A stretch of DNA of 64,000 bases from a candidate division FCPU426 bacterium (lineage in GTDB: Bacteria > Oederibacteriota > Muellerivitia > Muellerivitales > Muellerivitaceae). The notes beneath the pieces were generated by a model that worked only from the letters and a program-made list of their open reading frames with translations, was not told the origin of the DNA and did not search any database. Positions 48,192-58,200 of the stretch are shown one piece after another; the stretch's first letter is position 1; each line of letters opens with the position of its first letter. The stretch covers positions 352,001 to 416,000 of the forward strand of contig CAVYSE010000011.1 in assembly GCA_963771075.1 (NCBI GenBank), read 5' to 3'. A program made the position numbers and the translations under genes.

Positions 48192-48317
48192 TTCACCACG
48201 GAGGAACAGGAAAAATATTTTTTGTGGACAAACCAAAGATTTAAATAAGTTATTTGGGGAAAATGAAGAATTTTTTTTATTTTTATCCTATTCGGGTCTT
48301 GCCGTGTCCCCGTGGTT
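48192..48317. repeat. Octamer inverted-repeat element (degenerate)
   Basis: ttcaccacggaggaacagg ... ttgccgtgtccccgtggtt. Confidence 0.6.
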
Positions 48318-48445
48318 CTGTCGTCAATTAAGATTTTGGGAGCTTTTCAGTCAAAAGCCGTCCTTTTTTGCGGGTGCTTTTCCGATTCCTTTTGCGTTAA
48401 ACTGATTTTTGGTAATACCTCCACCCGCATCCTAAAGGCCCGATC

Positions 48446-49483
48446 GTGCCCTTGACCCTTTTAAAAAAGATTGTCGACCGGTTCAACCGGTTTTTGGCCC
48501 TCCTGGGTTTCATCATCCTCCTATCCTTACTCGTGTGGGTCATCGCCTCTTCCATGATCGACAATACGGTGGAGGTGTTTTGGATATCCGTCGGGGCGTT
48601 TTTTTTGCTTTTGCTTTGGTGGGGAATCGTCTCCTGGGTCGACAAGGCGGGCCTGATGTCGGAACTGGAATCATCCCTGCTGAAGAATCAAGTACTTCCC
48701 TTCCAATATGAAAGGGTGAAGAATCACATGCCATGGAATCTGGGGGATAACCAGGAGCGTATTATCCGGACGGTTTCCGCCGAATACCGGGCCCTTCAGG
48801 AAAAGGAAAAAGAAGCCCAGCAAACCTTGGAACGCTATGTCGGGTCCAGCGTTTCCACACAGGCCGCTTCCAAGGCCGCCCGATCCGAGTTGGGGGGGGA
48901 ATCACGCCGGGTCTATGTCCTTTTCTCCGATATCCGCGGGTTTACCCGCATGACGGAGATACTCAAACCGGAAGAAACCGTCGAGATCCTCAACAAAATG
49001 TTCACTGCCATGCAGGAAGTCATCACCCAAAACGGCGGGGACATCAACAAGTACATCGGAGACGCCATCTTCGCTTATTTCCGGCGCCCTTACGGCAACG
49101 AGGGAGAGGCGTCCAAAATGGTCCTAAGGACCGCCCTTCGCATGCAGGACCGGTTCGAACTGCTCAATAAGACCTTTAAGGTCGCCTATAGCCAGCCTGT
49201 GGATATCGGCCTTGGGGTGGGAATCACGGCCGGAACCGCCATCGTGGGAAACCTGGGTTCGGCCGAACGTATGGAATTCACCCTCATCGGGGATACGGTC
49301 AACCTGGCCTCCCGGTTTTGCGGCATCGCCAAGCATGGGCAGATCCTCGTCAATGAGGAAATGGCCGATGTCTGCCATGATTATTTCGACCTAACGACTC
49401 TTCCGGCGGTGCAAATCAAGGGAAAGAGCGGCATGATCACTCCCTACCTCGTGAATGGAGAGCGCCTGACCATGAGCCGGTAA
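48446..49483 (+). CDS. Class III adenylate cyclase, 2 N-terminal TM
   Basis: LFSDIRGFT, KYIGDA, GNLGS..RMEFTLIGDTVNLASR; the Lys/Thr pair indicates ATP specificity. Confidence 0.92.
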   Translation: MPLTLLKKIVDRFNRFLALLGFIILLSLLVWVIASSMIDNTVEVFWISVGAFFLLLLWWGIVSWVDKAGLMSELESSLLKNQVLPFQYERVKNHMPWNLGDNQERIIRTVSAEYRALQEKEKEAQQTLERYVGSSVSTQAASKAARSELGGESRRVYVLFSDIRGFTRMTEILKPEETVEILNKMFTAMQEVITQNGGDINKYIGDAIFAYFRRPYGNEGEASKMVLRTALRMQDRFELLNKTFKVAYSQPVDIGLGVGITAGTAIVGNLGSAERMEFTLIGDTVNLASRFCGIAKHGQILVNEEMADVCHDYFDLTTLPAVQIKGKSGMITPYLVNGERLTMSR

Positions 49484-49541
49484 TCTTCCCCGCATCCGCA
49501 TTTTTGATCCGGCATCGACGGGCGCGTGAAATCAGGGACCC

Positions 49542-50780
49542 ATGAAAAAAAAGACCCCCCCCCAGTCGTCACCCGCGGACCGGATCGGGGCCGCCTATCA
49601 CCGCTATGGCCTGCGTTTTGACCCCTTTACCACCCTGGCCTTGCGTGAACATGAGCTGGACTGTTTTATCGGTCGGGAGGATTTGCTCGACCGCCTGACC
49701 TCGGCCATGCTCTCCTTGTCCAACGCCGGGATCGCGGGGGACCCGGGCATGGGCAAGAGCAGCCTGCTTCAAGTATTACGAAGCCGTGTTCCCAGGGAGT
49801 TCCACAACCTGGCCATCGGGGTCCCCCTGGATGACGCCGCTTATTTTCTGGGTGAACTGCTCCGGGAAATGCTAATCAACCTGCCCCGTCCCAAGGGCCT
49901 TTCCCTGGAGAAGGTGGAAAGAAGTTTGAACCGGGGGGAATTAAGCAAGAACGCCATCTTCACCGTTATCAAAACTTTCGCCGCCCGCCTGAAAAAACCC
50001 CTGCTGATTTTCGTGGATGACATGGAAAAAATAAGGGGGGATTGGAACCAGCATTTGAGCCGGGCCGACCGCACCCTTCAACTGTTGGAGGAATTAAAAT
50101 CCCTTTTGGAGCTCCGCCAAGCCAGCTTCGTCATCGCCTTGCAGGATGAGTTTTACGCGAAGGTGGCGAATGTGGTGAGGGATGGCGCCGAATCAACGGT
50201 GTTGGGGCTATTCCGGCATATGGTTCGGATCGAACCCTTTAACCACGCCCAGCTCAAGGAAATTCTCAAACGGCGGGTTGAAAAGGCCGGTTTTCAAGGC
50301 TCCTCCGACCATTTCCTGGAACCCGAAGCGCTGACCTTGGCTCTTTCGCTTTCGGCGGGAAACCCCCGCCGTTTCCTTTACCTGATTTCCGAAGCTATGG
50401 CCCGCGCCAACCTGAGAAAGGGGCGCCGGGTCGAGTTCCAGGACCTTTTCGAGGCGGTCAATGAGCATTTGAAACTCGACCTGGTCTGCAAGAAACTGCT
50501 TTACTTCCTGGCCAAGGCCGGCCGGGCGACTGCTTCCAACGGCGACCTGCAGGCTTTCATGGGTCTCGACACGATTTCCATCGCCCGACGGCTGGAGATC
50601 CTTTCCAAAAACCGCTTGGCGGACCGGGTGGATTCGGTGGATGGGGTGAGGGTTTACGCCCTGCCCGGCGGGGAACTTCCCGTACCCGTCCCTTCCGCAG
50701 GCACGGACGCGCGTTTTACCCGCACCCCCGAGGGGGACAAACGATTCGATGTGGGCGGCGGAGAAAAGGAGGGCCCTTGA
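49542..50780 (+). CDS. P-loop/AAA+ ATPase with C-terminal winged-helix-like domain
   Basis: DPF, FIGRE, Walker A GDPGMGKS, Walker B LLIFVDD, SAGNPRR. Confidence 0.8.
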   Translation: MKKKTPPQSSPADRIGAAYHRYGLRFDPFTTLALREHELDCFIGREDLLDRLTSAMLSLSNAGIAGDPGMGKSSLLQVLRSRVPREFHNLAIGVPLDDAAYFLGELLREMLINLPRPKGLSLEKVERSLNRGELSKNAIFTVIKTFAARLKKPLLIFVDDMEKIRGDWNQHLSRADRTLQLLEELKSLLELRQASFVIALQDEFYAKVANVVRDGAESTVLGLFRHMVRIEPFNHAQLKEILKRRVEKAGFQGSSDHFLEPEALTLALSLSAGNPRRFLYLISEAMARANLRKGRRVEFQDLFEAVNEHLKLDLVCKKLLYFLAKAGRATASNGDLQAFMGLDTISIARRLEILSKNRLADRVDSVDGVRVYALPGGELPVPVPSAGTDARFTRTPEGDKRFDVGGGEKEGP

Positions 50781-51109
50781 GGCCCAAGGCCCTGGTCGTT
50801 TTCATCACCACGCCCGGCCCCCAGGTCAGCCGACAATTGGCCCGGGGGCTTTTGGAGGGAAAATGGGCCGCCTGCGTGAACCGGATATCCGGCATGACCA
50901 GCCAATACTGGTGGAAGGGCGCCATTGAGTCGTCCCAAGAGGACCTCCTGATCGTTAAAACCCTTCCGGGGAAATGGAAAGGCCTGGAAAAATGGGTCCG
51001 TGCCCGTCATCCCTATCAGGTTTGCGAAATTGTGGCCCTGCCCCTGACCGCTCTATCCCTTCCTTATTTGAAATGGCTGCGTGACAGCCTTAAACGAGTC
51101 CGTTCCTAA
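50777..51109 (+). CDS. cutA: CutA divalent-cation tolerance protein
   Basis: AACVN, SQYWWKG and HPYQVCEI motifs; 4-bp overlap with the upstream gene. Confidence 0.93.
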   Translation: MRPKALVVFITTPGPQVSRQLARGLLEGKWAACVNRISGMTSQYWWKGAIESSQEDLLIVKTLPGKWKGLEKWVRARHPYQVCEIVALPLTALSLPYLKWLRDSLKRVRS

Positions 51110-51120
51110 AGGAGATTTCC

Positions 51121-52506
51121 TTGGCTTCCATCGTGACGGACCATCAGACTTTCCGTTATCTCCTCCGGGCCCGAACCCTTTGCCTGGGCCTTTTAGTTTT
51201 GCTTTTTTGGGTTGGAGAGGGGAACCAGACCTCCTCCATCGCGGTCGAGGTGGGTTGGGATATCCTGCTTCTCGCCATGGCGTTGAGCCTGGTTTTTGTG
51301 GCGCTGGGCGGTATCCGCCGGATTACGTGGATACTGATCCCGGCCATCATGGTCTTGGACACCTTCTTAACGGGGATATGGGTATCCGCCTCGGGCGGTC
51401 CGGTGAGCAACTATACCCCCATTTTTATTTTAATCCTCGCGTCCGCCTTGATGATCCTTCCCCCCAAGCGCGCGGCCTGGGTGGTGGCCTGGGTCCTGGT
51501 CATCGCCCTCACAACCCTTTACTTGGATTTTTCCTGGAGACTTCCCCTGGTGTTTGAGGCGGGGGAGATCAACCCCTTCTCAGGAATCTTGGAAAAATCA
51601 TCGTTGGAATTCCGCCAGGCGGCTTATTTCCATCAGGGCCTCCGCTGGGTTTTCTTTTTGGTCATGACAACCGCGCTTTGCACGGTCCTGATGCGCCAGG
51701 TGTGGACGCGGGAAGAACGTATCCGGACGAAGGAAAAGGCCTTGGAGCAAAAAAGGCACTTCATTCAAATGGGGGAGTTGACGGGCCGGATTGCCCACGG
51801 GGTCAACACGCCCCTGGGCCTCATCTCAGGCAACCTCGAGCTTTTAATGGGAGAAATGCGCAAAGATACCAAGACCTACAAGCAACTGGTCCAGATTGAT
51901 GAATATGTCCAGCGAGCCATCCACACGGTCCGGGACGTGCTGGATTATTCCCGGCAAAGCCTCTCCGAGATCAAGCCGGTCTTCCTTCCAAATATTCTCC
52001 AGGCCGTGGTCCAGGCGATCCAGCCGAAGTTGAAGGAAAAGGAGGCCAAGCTGATCGTGGACATCGACCCCAAACTTCCTGCCCTGATGGCCTATACGGA
52101 GGGCCTCTTCCAGGCTCACCTCAACCTCATCGAAAACGCCCTGGATTCCTTGGACCCGGGCGGCCTCATCACCCTGACCGCCAAGTTCCAATACCGGGAA
52201 GTGCGGTTGAGCGCCGCGGACAAGCGGGGAGAAATAAAGGTTACGGTCCGTGACACGGGCCGGGGCATCCCGCCCCAGGACCTCAAGAATATTTTCGAGC
52301 CCTTTTACTCGACCAAGGGATTTGGCAAGGGGACCGGTTTGGGATTGGCCATCGTGAAACGCGTGGTGGATGAGCATCGGGGCAGTATGACCGTTGAAAG
52401 CAAACCGGGGAAAGGCTCCTGCTTCACCCTTCTGTTTCCCGTAGATGGATTAACCGATGAGGAAGAGAAGGATAAGGATTCTTTGGGTTATAATGCGAAG
52501 ACTTAA
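51121..52506 (+). CDS. Membrane sensor histidine kinase
   Basis: About 6 TM; H-box IAHGVNTPL, NLIENA, DTGRGI, FEPFYSTK, GTGLGL. Confidence 0.93.
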   Translation: MASIVTDHQTFRYLLRARTLCLGLLVLLFWVGEGNQTSSIAVEVGWDILLLAMALSLVFVALGGIRRITWILIPAIMVLDTFLTGIWVSASGGPVSNYTPIFILILASALMILPPKRAAWVVAWVLVIALTTLYLDFSWRLPLVFEAGEINPFSGILEKSSLEFRQAAYFHQGLRWVFFLVMTTALCTVLMRQVWTREERIRTKEKALEQKRHFIQMGELTGRIAHGVNTPLGLISGNLELLMGEMRKDTKTYKQLVQIDEYVQRAIHTVRDVLDYSRQSLSEIKPVFLPNILQAVVQAIQPKLKEKEAKLIVDIDPKLPALMAYTEGLFQAHLNLIENALDSLDPGGLITLTAKFQYREVRLSAADKRGEIKVTVRDTGRGIPPQDLKNIFEPFYSTKGFGKGTGLGLAIVKRVVDEHRGSMTVESKPGKGSCFTLLFPVDGLTDEEEKDKDSLGYNAKT

Positions 52507-52518
52507 AGGAGTATCCCG

Positions 52519-53007
52519 ATGGGGACAAAAAAGAAGAACGTTCCGTCCAAAAAAGCATCACCGAAAAATCGTCCCTTAACGGTTACCCGGTCCCGGGTTT
52601 TGGTGGTCGATGACGAGATCGATTTCGCAAAGATGATCCAAACCAGCCTCCTTCAGTCGGGGTACAGGGTGGATATCGCCCAAAGCGCAACCCAAGCCAT
52701 CGCCCTACAGCGAAAGAACTCTTACGATTTGGCACTGGTTGATCTTAGGATGCCTGAGATGACCGGCTTGGAATTGCTTCAATATCTCAAGCTTAGGGAC
52801 AAGCGCCTTTTCATCATCCTCATGACCGCATATGGCTCTTTCTCCATCGGCATCGAGGCCTTGAAAAAGGGGGCTTGCGATTATTTGGCAAAGCCATTCA
52901 AGCTCAAATCCATGAAGGAAAAGGTCGCTGAGGCATTGCAGCGGCGATCCCGTTTTTTGGAGGAACAAAGCCTTTTTCCCCAGCGTTCGACTCTGGATGA
53001 ATGGTAA
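52519..53007 (+). CDS. Single-domain response regulator (receiver only)
   Basis: VLVVDDE, DLRMPEMTG, MTAY, YLAKPF. Confidence 0.92.
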   Translation: MGTKKKNVPSKKASPKNRPLTVTRSRVLVVDDEIDFAKMIQTSLLQSGYRVDIAQSATQAIALQRKNSYDLALVDLRMPEMTGLELLQYLKLRDKRLFIILMTAYGSFSIGIEALKKGACDYLAKPFKLKSMKEKVAEALQRRSRFLEEQSLFPQRSTLDEW

Positions 53008-53132
53008 GGGAGCTGTTTTTGAACGGATGGTTCCCGTGAAACGGGTTCAAGTATTGTCTTATTTAAAAAAGATTCACCCGTTTTCAAACGGTTTCGAAAG
53101 TGATAATTTAAGAGATTATAACAATACCTAAT

Positions 53133-53250
53133 TTCACCACAGGCCGCCTTGGGCGGCCACAGAGGCACAGAGAAAAACCTTTCTTAATTCAAGGAATCTT
53201 AAACTCATTGTCCGGGTTTACTCTGTGTCTCCGTGTCTCTGTGGTAAAAA
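53133..53250. repeat. Octamer inverted-repeat element (best-preserved copy)
   Basis: ttcaccacag[gccgccttgggcggc]cacagaggcacagag ... ctctgtgtctccgtgtctctgtggtaaaa. Confidence 0.85.
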
Positions 53251-53298
53251 TTGGGTTTTGTCAGAGATTCTAAGTCAACATCCCAAAAGGGGAGCAGG

Positions 53299-53961
53299 TT
53301 GAACAAAAACAAAATCCATCCGGACCTAAAATTGGAACGGAAACCGTTCCAGGGTTTCCGAAAAGTATTCCATGTACTGGCGTCCTCCCTTTTTCCCCTC
53401 TTTTACCTTTATTGCCCTTTCACCTTGTCGCATTCCCAGGCCAGGGTGGTTTTATTGTGGTTTGCGGGTTGTTCATTCGTCGGTTCCCTGTTACTAGATC
53501 TTTTCCGCCTCGCGGATAAGCGGTTCAATTCGCGTTTTATGGCCCAATTTTCTTTTTTGATCCGCAAGGCGGAAGCGAATCGATTAAACGGTTCCACCTT
53601 TCTTCTGCTTGCCTTTGCCATTGTGATGTATTTCTTTTCCCGGCCTGTGGCCATCACGGCCATGTTCTTTCTTTCCCTTGGGGACGCCGCGGCGGAGCTG
53701 GGAGGAAAGAATTTTGGACGGATGAAGATTTTTGAAAGGTCCCTGGAAGGCAGCCTATCTTTCTTTTTAGTGGCCTTCGCCGTGGCTTTTGCCCTTTTAG
53801 AAGACGTTCGCGTGGCCTTTTTTGGCGCATTGGCGGGTGCCTTGGTGGAGCTGTTCTCTTTTGAACTCGATGATAATTTGACGGTACCCATCGGATCAGC
53901 CTTGGCCATTAGCTGCGCCTTGGTTTTTTTCCATTTTTCGAATCAATTCCTGATTTTTTAA
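53299..53961 (+). CDS. CTP-dependent polyprenol/diacylglycerol kinase (SEC59/phytol kinase family)
   Basis: RKVFH, GDAAAELGG, RSLEGS, VE...DDNLTVP motifs. Confidence 0.88.
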   Translation: MNKNKIHPDLKLERKPFQGFRKVFHVLASSLFPLFYLYCPFTLSHSQARVVLLWFAGCSFVGSLLLDLFRLADKRFNSRFMAQFSFLIRKAEANRLNGSTFLLLAFAIVMYFFSRPVAITAMFFLSLGDAAAELGGKNFGRMKIFERSLEGSLSFFLVAFAVAFALLEDVRVAFFGALAGALVELFSFELDDNLTVPIGSALAISCALVFFHFSNQFLIF

Positions 53962-53975
53962 TCCAACCAAGAAAT

Positions 53976-54210
53976 TTCAGTAGTGGGTCAGTTTGAGGGC
54001 GAACGTTCTTTTCCCCCGCCGAAAGAGGGGGATTAAGGGGGAGTTAGCCTGTCTTTAAAGACAAATACCCCCCCTGTCCCCCTTTTTCACCCCCCATTTC
54101 TTCATTCGTGAATACCAAAAAATAAAATGGGGACGTCCCCATGCCTCTTGCCATTTTTCAAAGGAGGCATGGGGGAAGTGGGGAATTATTCAAACTGACC
54201 TACTACCGAA
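53976..54210. mobile_element. MITE/REP-like non-autonomous element with 21-bp terminal inverted repeats
   Basis: ttcagtagtgggtcagtttga vs reverse complement of tcaaactgacctactaccgaa (19/21 match); internal G/C-run hairpins. Confidence 0.6.
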
Positions 54211-54421
54211 TCTTTGGGGTAGGTAGGCTGCTTTGTAGCCCTTTTATATTTTTTTAGCAGGCCTACTAGGGGTGGGGTTGTCTTGATCAAAACACCCAAT
54301 AAAATAATAGTTTTAACGTAAAACTTTTAACGCTATTGGCAGATTATTGTCTACTTTCGGTAATCAAAACTTAGAAAATCCAACGACCCACCCCTTTTTA
54401 AGTTATTCCCAAACCTGAATT

Positions 54422-54436
54422 TGGCACAGATGATGC
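54422..54436 (+). promoter_or_regulatory. sigma54 -24/-12 promoter
   Basis: TGGCACAGATGATGC (GG-N10-GC). Confidence 0.65.
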
Positions 54437-54645
54437 CCTTTAAATAATGAGAACCTAAGCCGCCCGCTTGCCAGCGACGCCTTGGTACCAATTCGTTGGG
54501 TCCAGGCATTTTCCCCTAAAAATCCAATCAAGATTCACAAGGAGAAAATGACTTGTCCGGCAATCCCTGATCGATTTGATAAGGATGCCGGGCAGGAAGT
54601 TGACTGATACGACACTGATTCGGACACCGGAAAGCGAGGGGAGCT

Positions 54646-54804
54646 ATGGATGAGAATTGCGAGAGAATTAAAAGGTTATTGGACCAGTACCGGTTGGGAA
54701 CCTTGGGAGACAAGGAAAAGGCCGAGGTGGAATTTCACCTTTTGACTTGTCCTGAATGCATTTTCCTCTTAACCATGGTGCCCTCCCTGAGCCCGGACCG
54801 TTGA
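54646..54804 (+). CDS. Stand-alone zf-HC2 (ZAS anti-sigma zinc finger) mini-protein, 52 aa; not in the ORF track
   Basis: MDENCERIKRLLDQYRLGTLGDKEKAEVEFHLLTCPECIFLLTMVPSLSPDR: C...LL..Y..G.L......VE.HL..C..C; GAGGGGAG SD. Confidence 0.8.
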   Translation: MDENCERIKRLLDQYRLGTLGDKEKAEVEFHLLTCPECIFLLTMVPSLSPDR

Positions 54805-54844
54805 CCCATCCCTTCTTGAACGAGGTGAAGTTGAGTCCCGGCTT

Positions 54845-54877
54845 TTAAGCCCGTCCCCTGACCGGGGACGGGCTTAA
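54845..54877. terminator. Strong hairpin downstream of the zf-HC2 gene
   Basis: ttaagcccgtccc-N7-gggacgggcttaa. Confidence 0.6.
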
Positions 54878-55089
54878 TGTATCCATCATCACCGGAATAT
54901 TCAGGTTTTAGCAGGGGACGGGTTGATGTCACGCTTGTCTGAAAGAAAGATTTCAAAGGCATTCTTAATCGGTTTGGCGGTGGATACCGGCCGACACTTA
55001 AGCTGGAGTGGGATGGCCTGCTGAAAGCAGCCGGTCTTCCGAAGCCTAGTAGGTTTGAGTTTTTTGGTTCGTCCCATACTCGGTCTTCC

Positions 55090-55118
55090 TTGACATTCCA
55101 TTGCGCGCTAGGCAAGAT
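55090..55118 (+). promoter_or_regulatory. Possible sigma70 promoter for mfd
   Basis: TTGACA-N17-CAAGAT. Confidence 0.4.
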
Positions 55119-55218
55119 TCATCCACAAATATTGACCTTTTCCGGGTTTTCTGCCCCACATGGGCGTGGAAAGCCCTCTTTGCGTTTACGGACATTTAAA
55201 AAAGGCATTTAAAACCCC

Positions 55219-58200
55219 ATGCCAGTGACTGAACCTAAAACCCCGCCCACCTCTCCCTTGGCTTTAAACAAGCTGGACTGGCCCGAGGCGGAACAATCCC
55301 TCACCGCCCTCAAGGCCATGAAGCCCCGTACGCTGCTTCAGGGTGTGCCGGGTTCGGCCAAACCCTTCCTCATTTCCTGGCTTTACCAGCGTTTAAAAGA
55401 AGAACAACCTTGGTTGATTCTCGCTCCCACCCGGGATGAGGCCTTGGGGTTGCAGGATGATTTGCTGAGCTGGATGCCCGATGTGCCCGTTTTGTTGTGC
55501 CCTTCCTGGGAAATCATGCCCCAGGACGTGGAGACCCCCGATCCTGAATTGATCGGGGAACGACAAAGGGTTTTTTACCAGCTTTTGCAGGGTGGGCCCT
55601 GCGTCATTATCGCCACATTACAAGGCGCCCTTCAGCAGACCCTTCCCGCATCCGAATGGCTGGATCAGGTAATGGTCCTGCGCAGGGATCAGGAGGTCCC
55701 CCTTGATTTAAAGCAAAAACTGGTGGCTTTGGGATACGAATCGGTCACCCAAGTAGTCGAATTGGGACAGTTCGCCATGCGTGGAGGAATCTTGGACCTA
55801 GCCTCCCCGGGTTCGCCTTCCGGGCCAGTGCGTCTGGAGTTTTTCGGCGAGACCCTAATCTCGGTGCGGCCCCTGAATATCCTCAACCAGAGATCGGGTG
55901 GCGACCTTTCGGAAGTTTATGTCTTTCCAGCCCACGAGGTGGTGGTGAAAGCGGAGACGAGCCAGAACCTGAAGGCGGCCCTAAGGGAAAAGGTGAAGGA
56001 AGAATCCCGCTGGGCGTCCTCGGCGCTGGAGCTTTTCACCCAAACTCGTACCTTTCCCGGCTGGGAATGGCAGGCGGTGGGAGCCCTACCGGATCGACAA
56101 TGCCTTTTGGATTACCTTCCCGAAAAAAGCCGACTATTACTCTTAGAACCCCTGGCCCTGGAAAGAAAATTTGAGGAACTGGCGGACAAACTCAAAGCCT
56201 GTGATCGACAGGCCGCCGAGGAGAAATCGGATCTTTTTCCCGCCTCGAACCTTTTTGGCGATCTTCAGTATATTCAAAAGGCGCTCGCGGACGGCCGAGC
56301 CTTCGCCATCGGGCAAATTCTCCAGGACCTCATGGGGGAGTCTCCCGATTTTGATTTCCCAATCCAGTCCCGAAGTCTGAACCCCTATTACGGCAAATTC
56401 GGTTCTTTTATCAATGATTTAAAAAAATGGCTGGACGACAAGGAAAGGGTGATTTTGTGGTGCCATAACCGGGGCGAGAGGGAAAGGCTGATCGAGCTTT
56501 TACGCGAAGAAAAGATCGACCCAAAGGAGACCCCTTCCCTGACCCTGGCCCTGGGTGAGGTGGAACAGGGATTCGCGTTGGAAGGGATCGGTCTCAAGGT
56601 CCTACCCGACCATGACCTGTTCCGCCGCTACCGGGGCCGACGGCACCGCCGCATTCGAACCGTTTCCGGGGGCAAGGCCCTCTCTTCCCTTAATGAGCTA
56701 TCCCTGGGGGATTGGGCGGTCCACCTGGACTGCGGCATCTGCCTCTATCGGGGGCTAACGCCCCTTACCATTGACGAGGTGACCCGCGACTATATCCAAC
56801 TGGAGTTCGCGGACAACGAGAAAATCTACCTTCCCACTGACCAGATCGGGCTCATCCAGCGATATATCGGAAGCGAGGGTTCGCCGGTCCTCTCGAAATT
56901 GGGGGGCGAGCAGTGGAGCCGGACCAAGAATAAAATCAAAAAAGAGATTGAGGCGGTGGCCCGGGAACTGATGGCGCTCTATTCCACCCGCCAGGCCTTG
57001 CGCAAGAAGCCCTTTTCCATCGACACGCCCTGGCAATACGAGTTCGAAGACGCCTTCCTCTATACACTCACACCCGGCCAGCACCAGGCCATTCAGGATG
57101 TTAAAAAGGACATGGAATCGGACCGGGTCATGGACCGATTGGTTTGCGGTGATGTGGGTTACGGCAAGACCGAGGTGGCCATGCGGGCCGCCTTCAAGGC
57201 GGTGCAGGACAAACGCCAGGTCGCCGTCTTGGTGCCCACGACCATACTGGCCCAGCAGCACTTCAACACTTTCAAGGACCGCATGGCGGACTATCCGATC
57301 AAGATCGCGCTCCTCTCCCGTTTCCGCTCTCCCAAGGAAATCCACGAGACCCTCAACCAGGCGCGCGAAGGCGAAATCGACGTCCTCATCGGTACCCACC
57401 GTTTGATCATGAAAGACGTGAAACTGCCCAACCTGGGCCTTTTGGTGATTGACGAAGAGCATCGATTCGGCGTGGCGCAAAAAGAAAAGATGAAGGCCCT
57501 CAAGAAAGACGTGGATGTCCTGACGCTCACGGCAACCCCCATTCCACGCACCCTGCACATGTCCCTTTCCGGCATCCGGGAGATCTCCGTGATCGACACC
57601 CCGCCCCGCAACCGCATGTCGGTCCTGAGCCAGGTGGCTCCCATGGACGAAAAGCTTTTGGGTGAGGCGATCCGGCGGGAAATCAACCGCGAGGGCCAGG
57701 TTTTCTACGTTCACAACCACGTGAAGGATATCGAGCGCATCGCCGACCGACTGCACCAGGTGGTGCCCGAGGCGAAATTGGCGGTAGCCCACGGCCAGCT
57801 TAATGAACATGAGCTGGAATCCATCATGATGGACTTCATCGACCGGGAATACGACGTACTGGTCTGTACCTCCATCATCGAGTCGGGGCTGGACATGCCC
57901 AATGTCAATACGCTTATCGTAGAGCGGGCGGACCATATGGGATTGTCCCAGCTTTACCAGTTGAAGGGCCGGGTCGGCCGCACCGACCGGCAAGCTTACG
58001 CTTACTTTTTCTATCCCCGGCATATGACCCTGAAGGAACTGGCGCAGAAACGGTTGGAGGTCCTCCAGGAATTTTCCTCCCTCGGTTCGGGCCTTCACAT
58101 CGCCATGAAGGACATGGAGATCCGGGGGGCGGGGAACGTGCTCGGCACCCAACAGCACGGCAACATGGACGCCATCGGTTTCGAGCTTTACAGCCGCATG

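Noticed and set aside
8245..53250. Short repeats as a CRISPR array
   Set aside because: The copies are dispersed and inverted with no regular repeat-spacer period, and there are no cas genes.
54735..55115. 126-aa minus-strand ORF
   Set aside because: No motifs or RBS, and it overlaps the better-supported zf-HC2 gene and hairpin.
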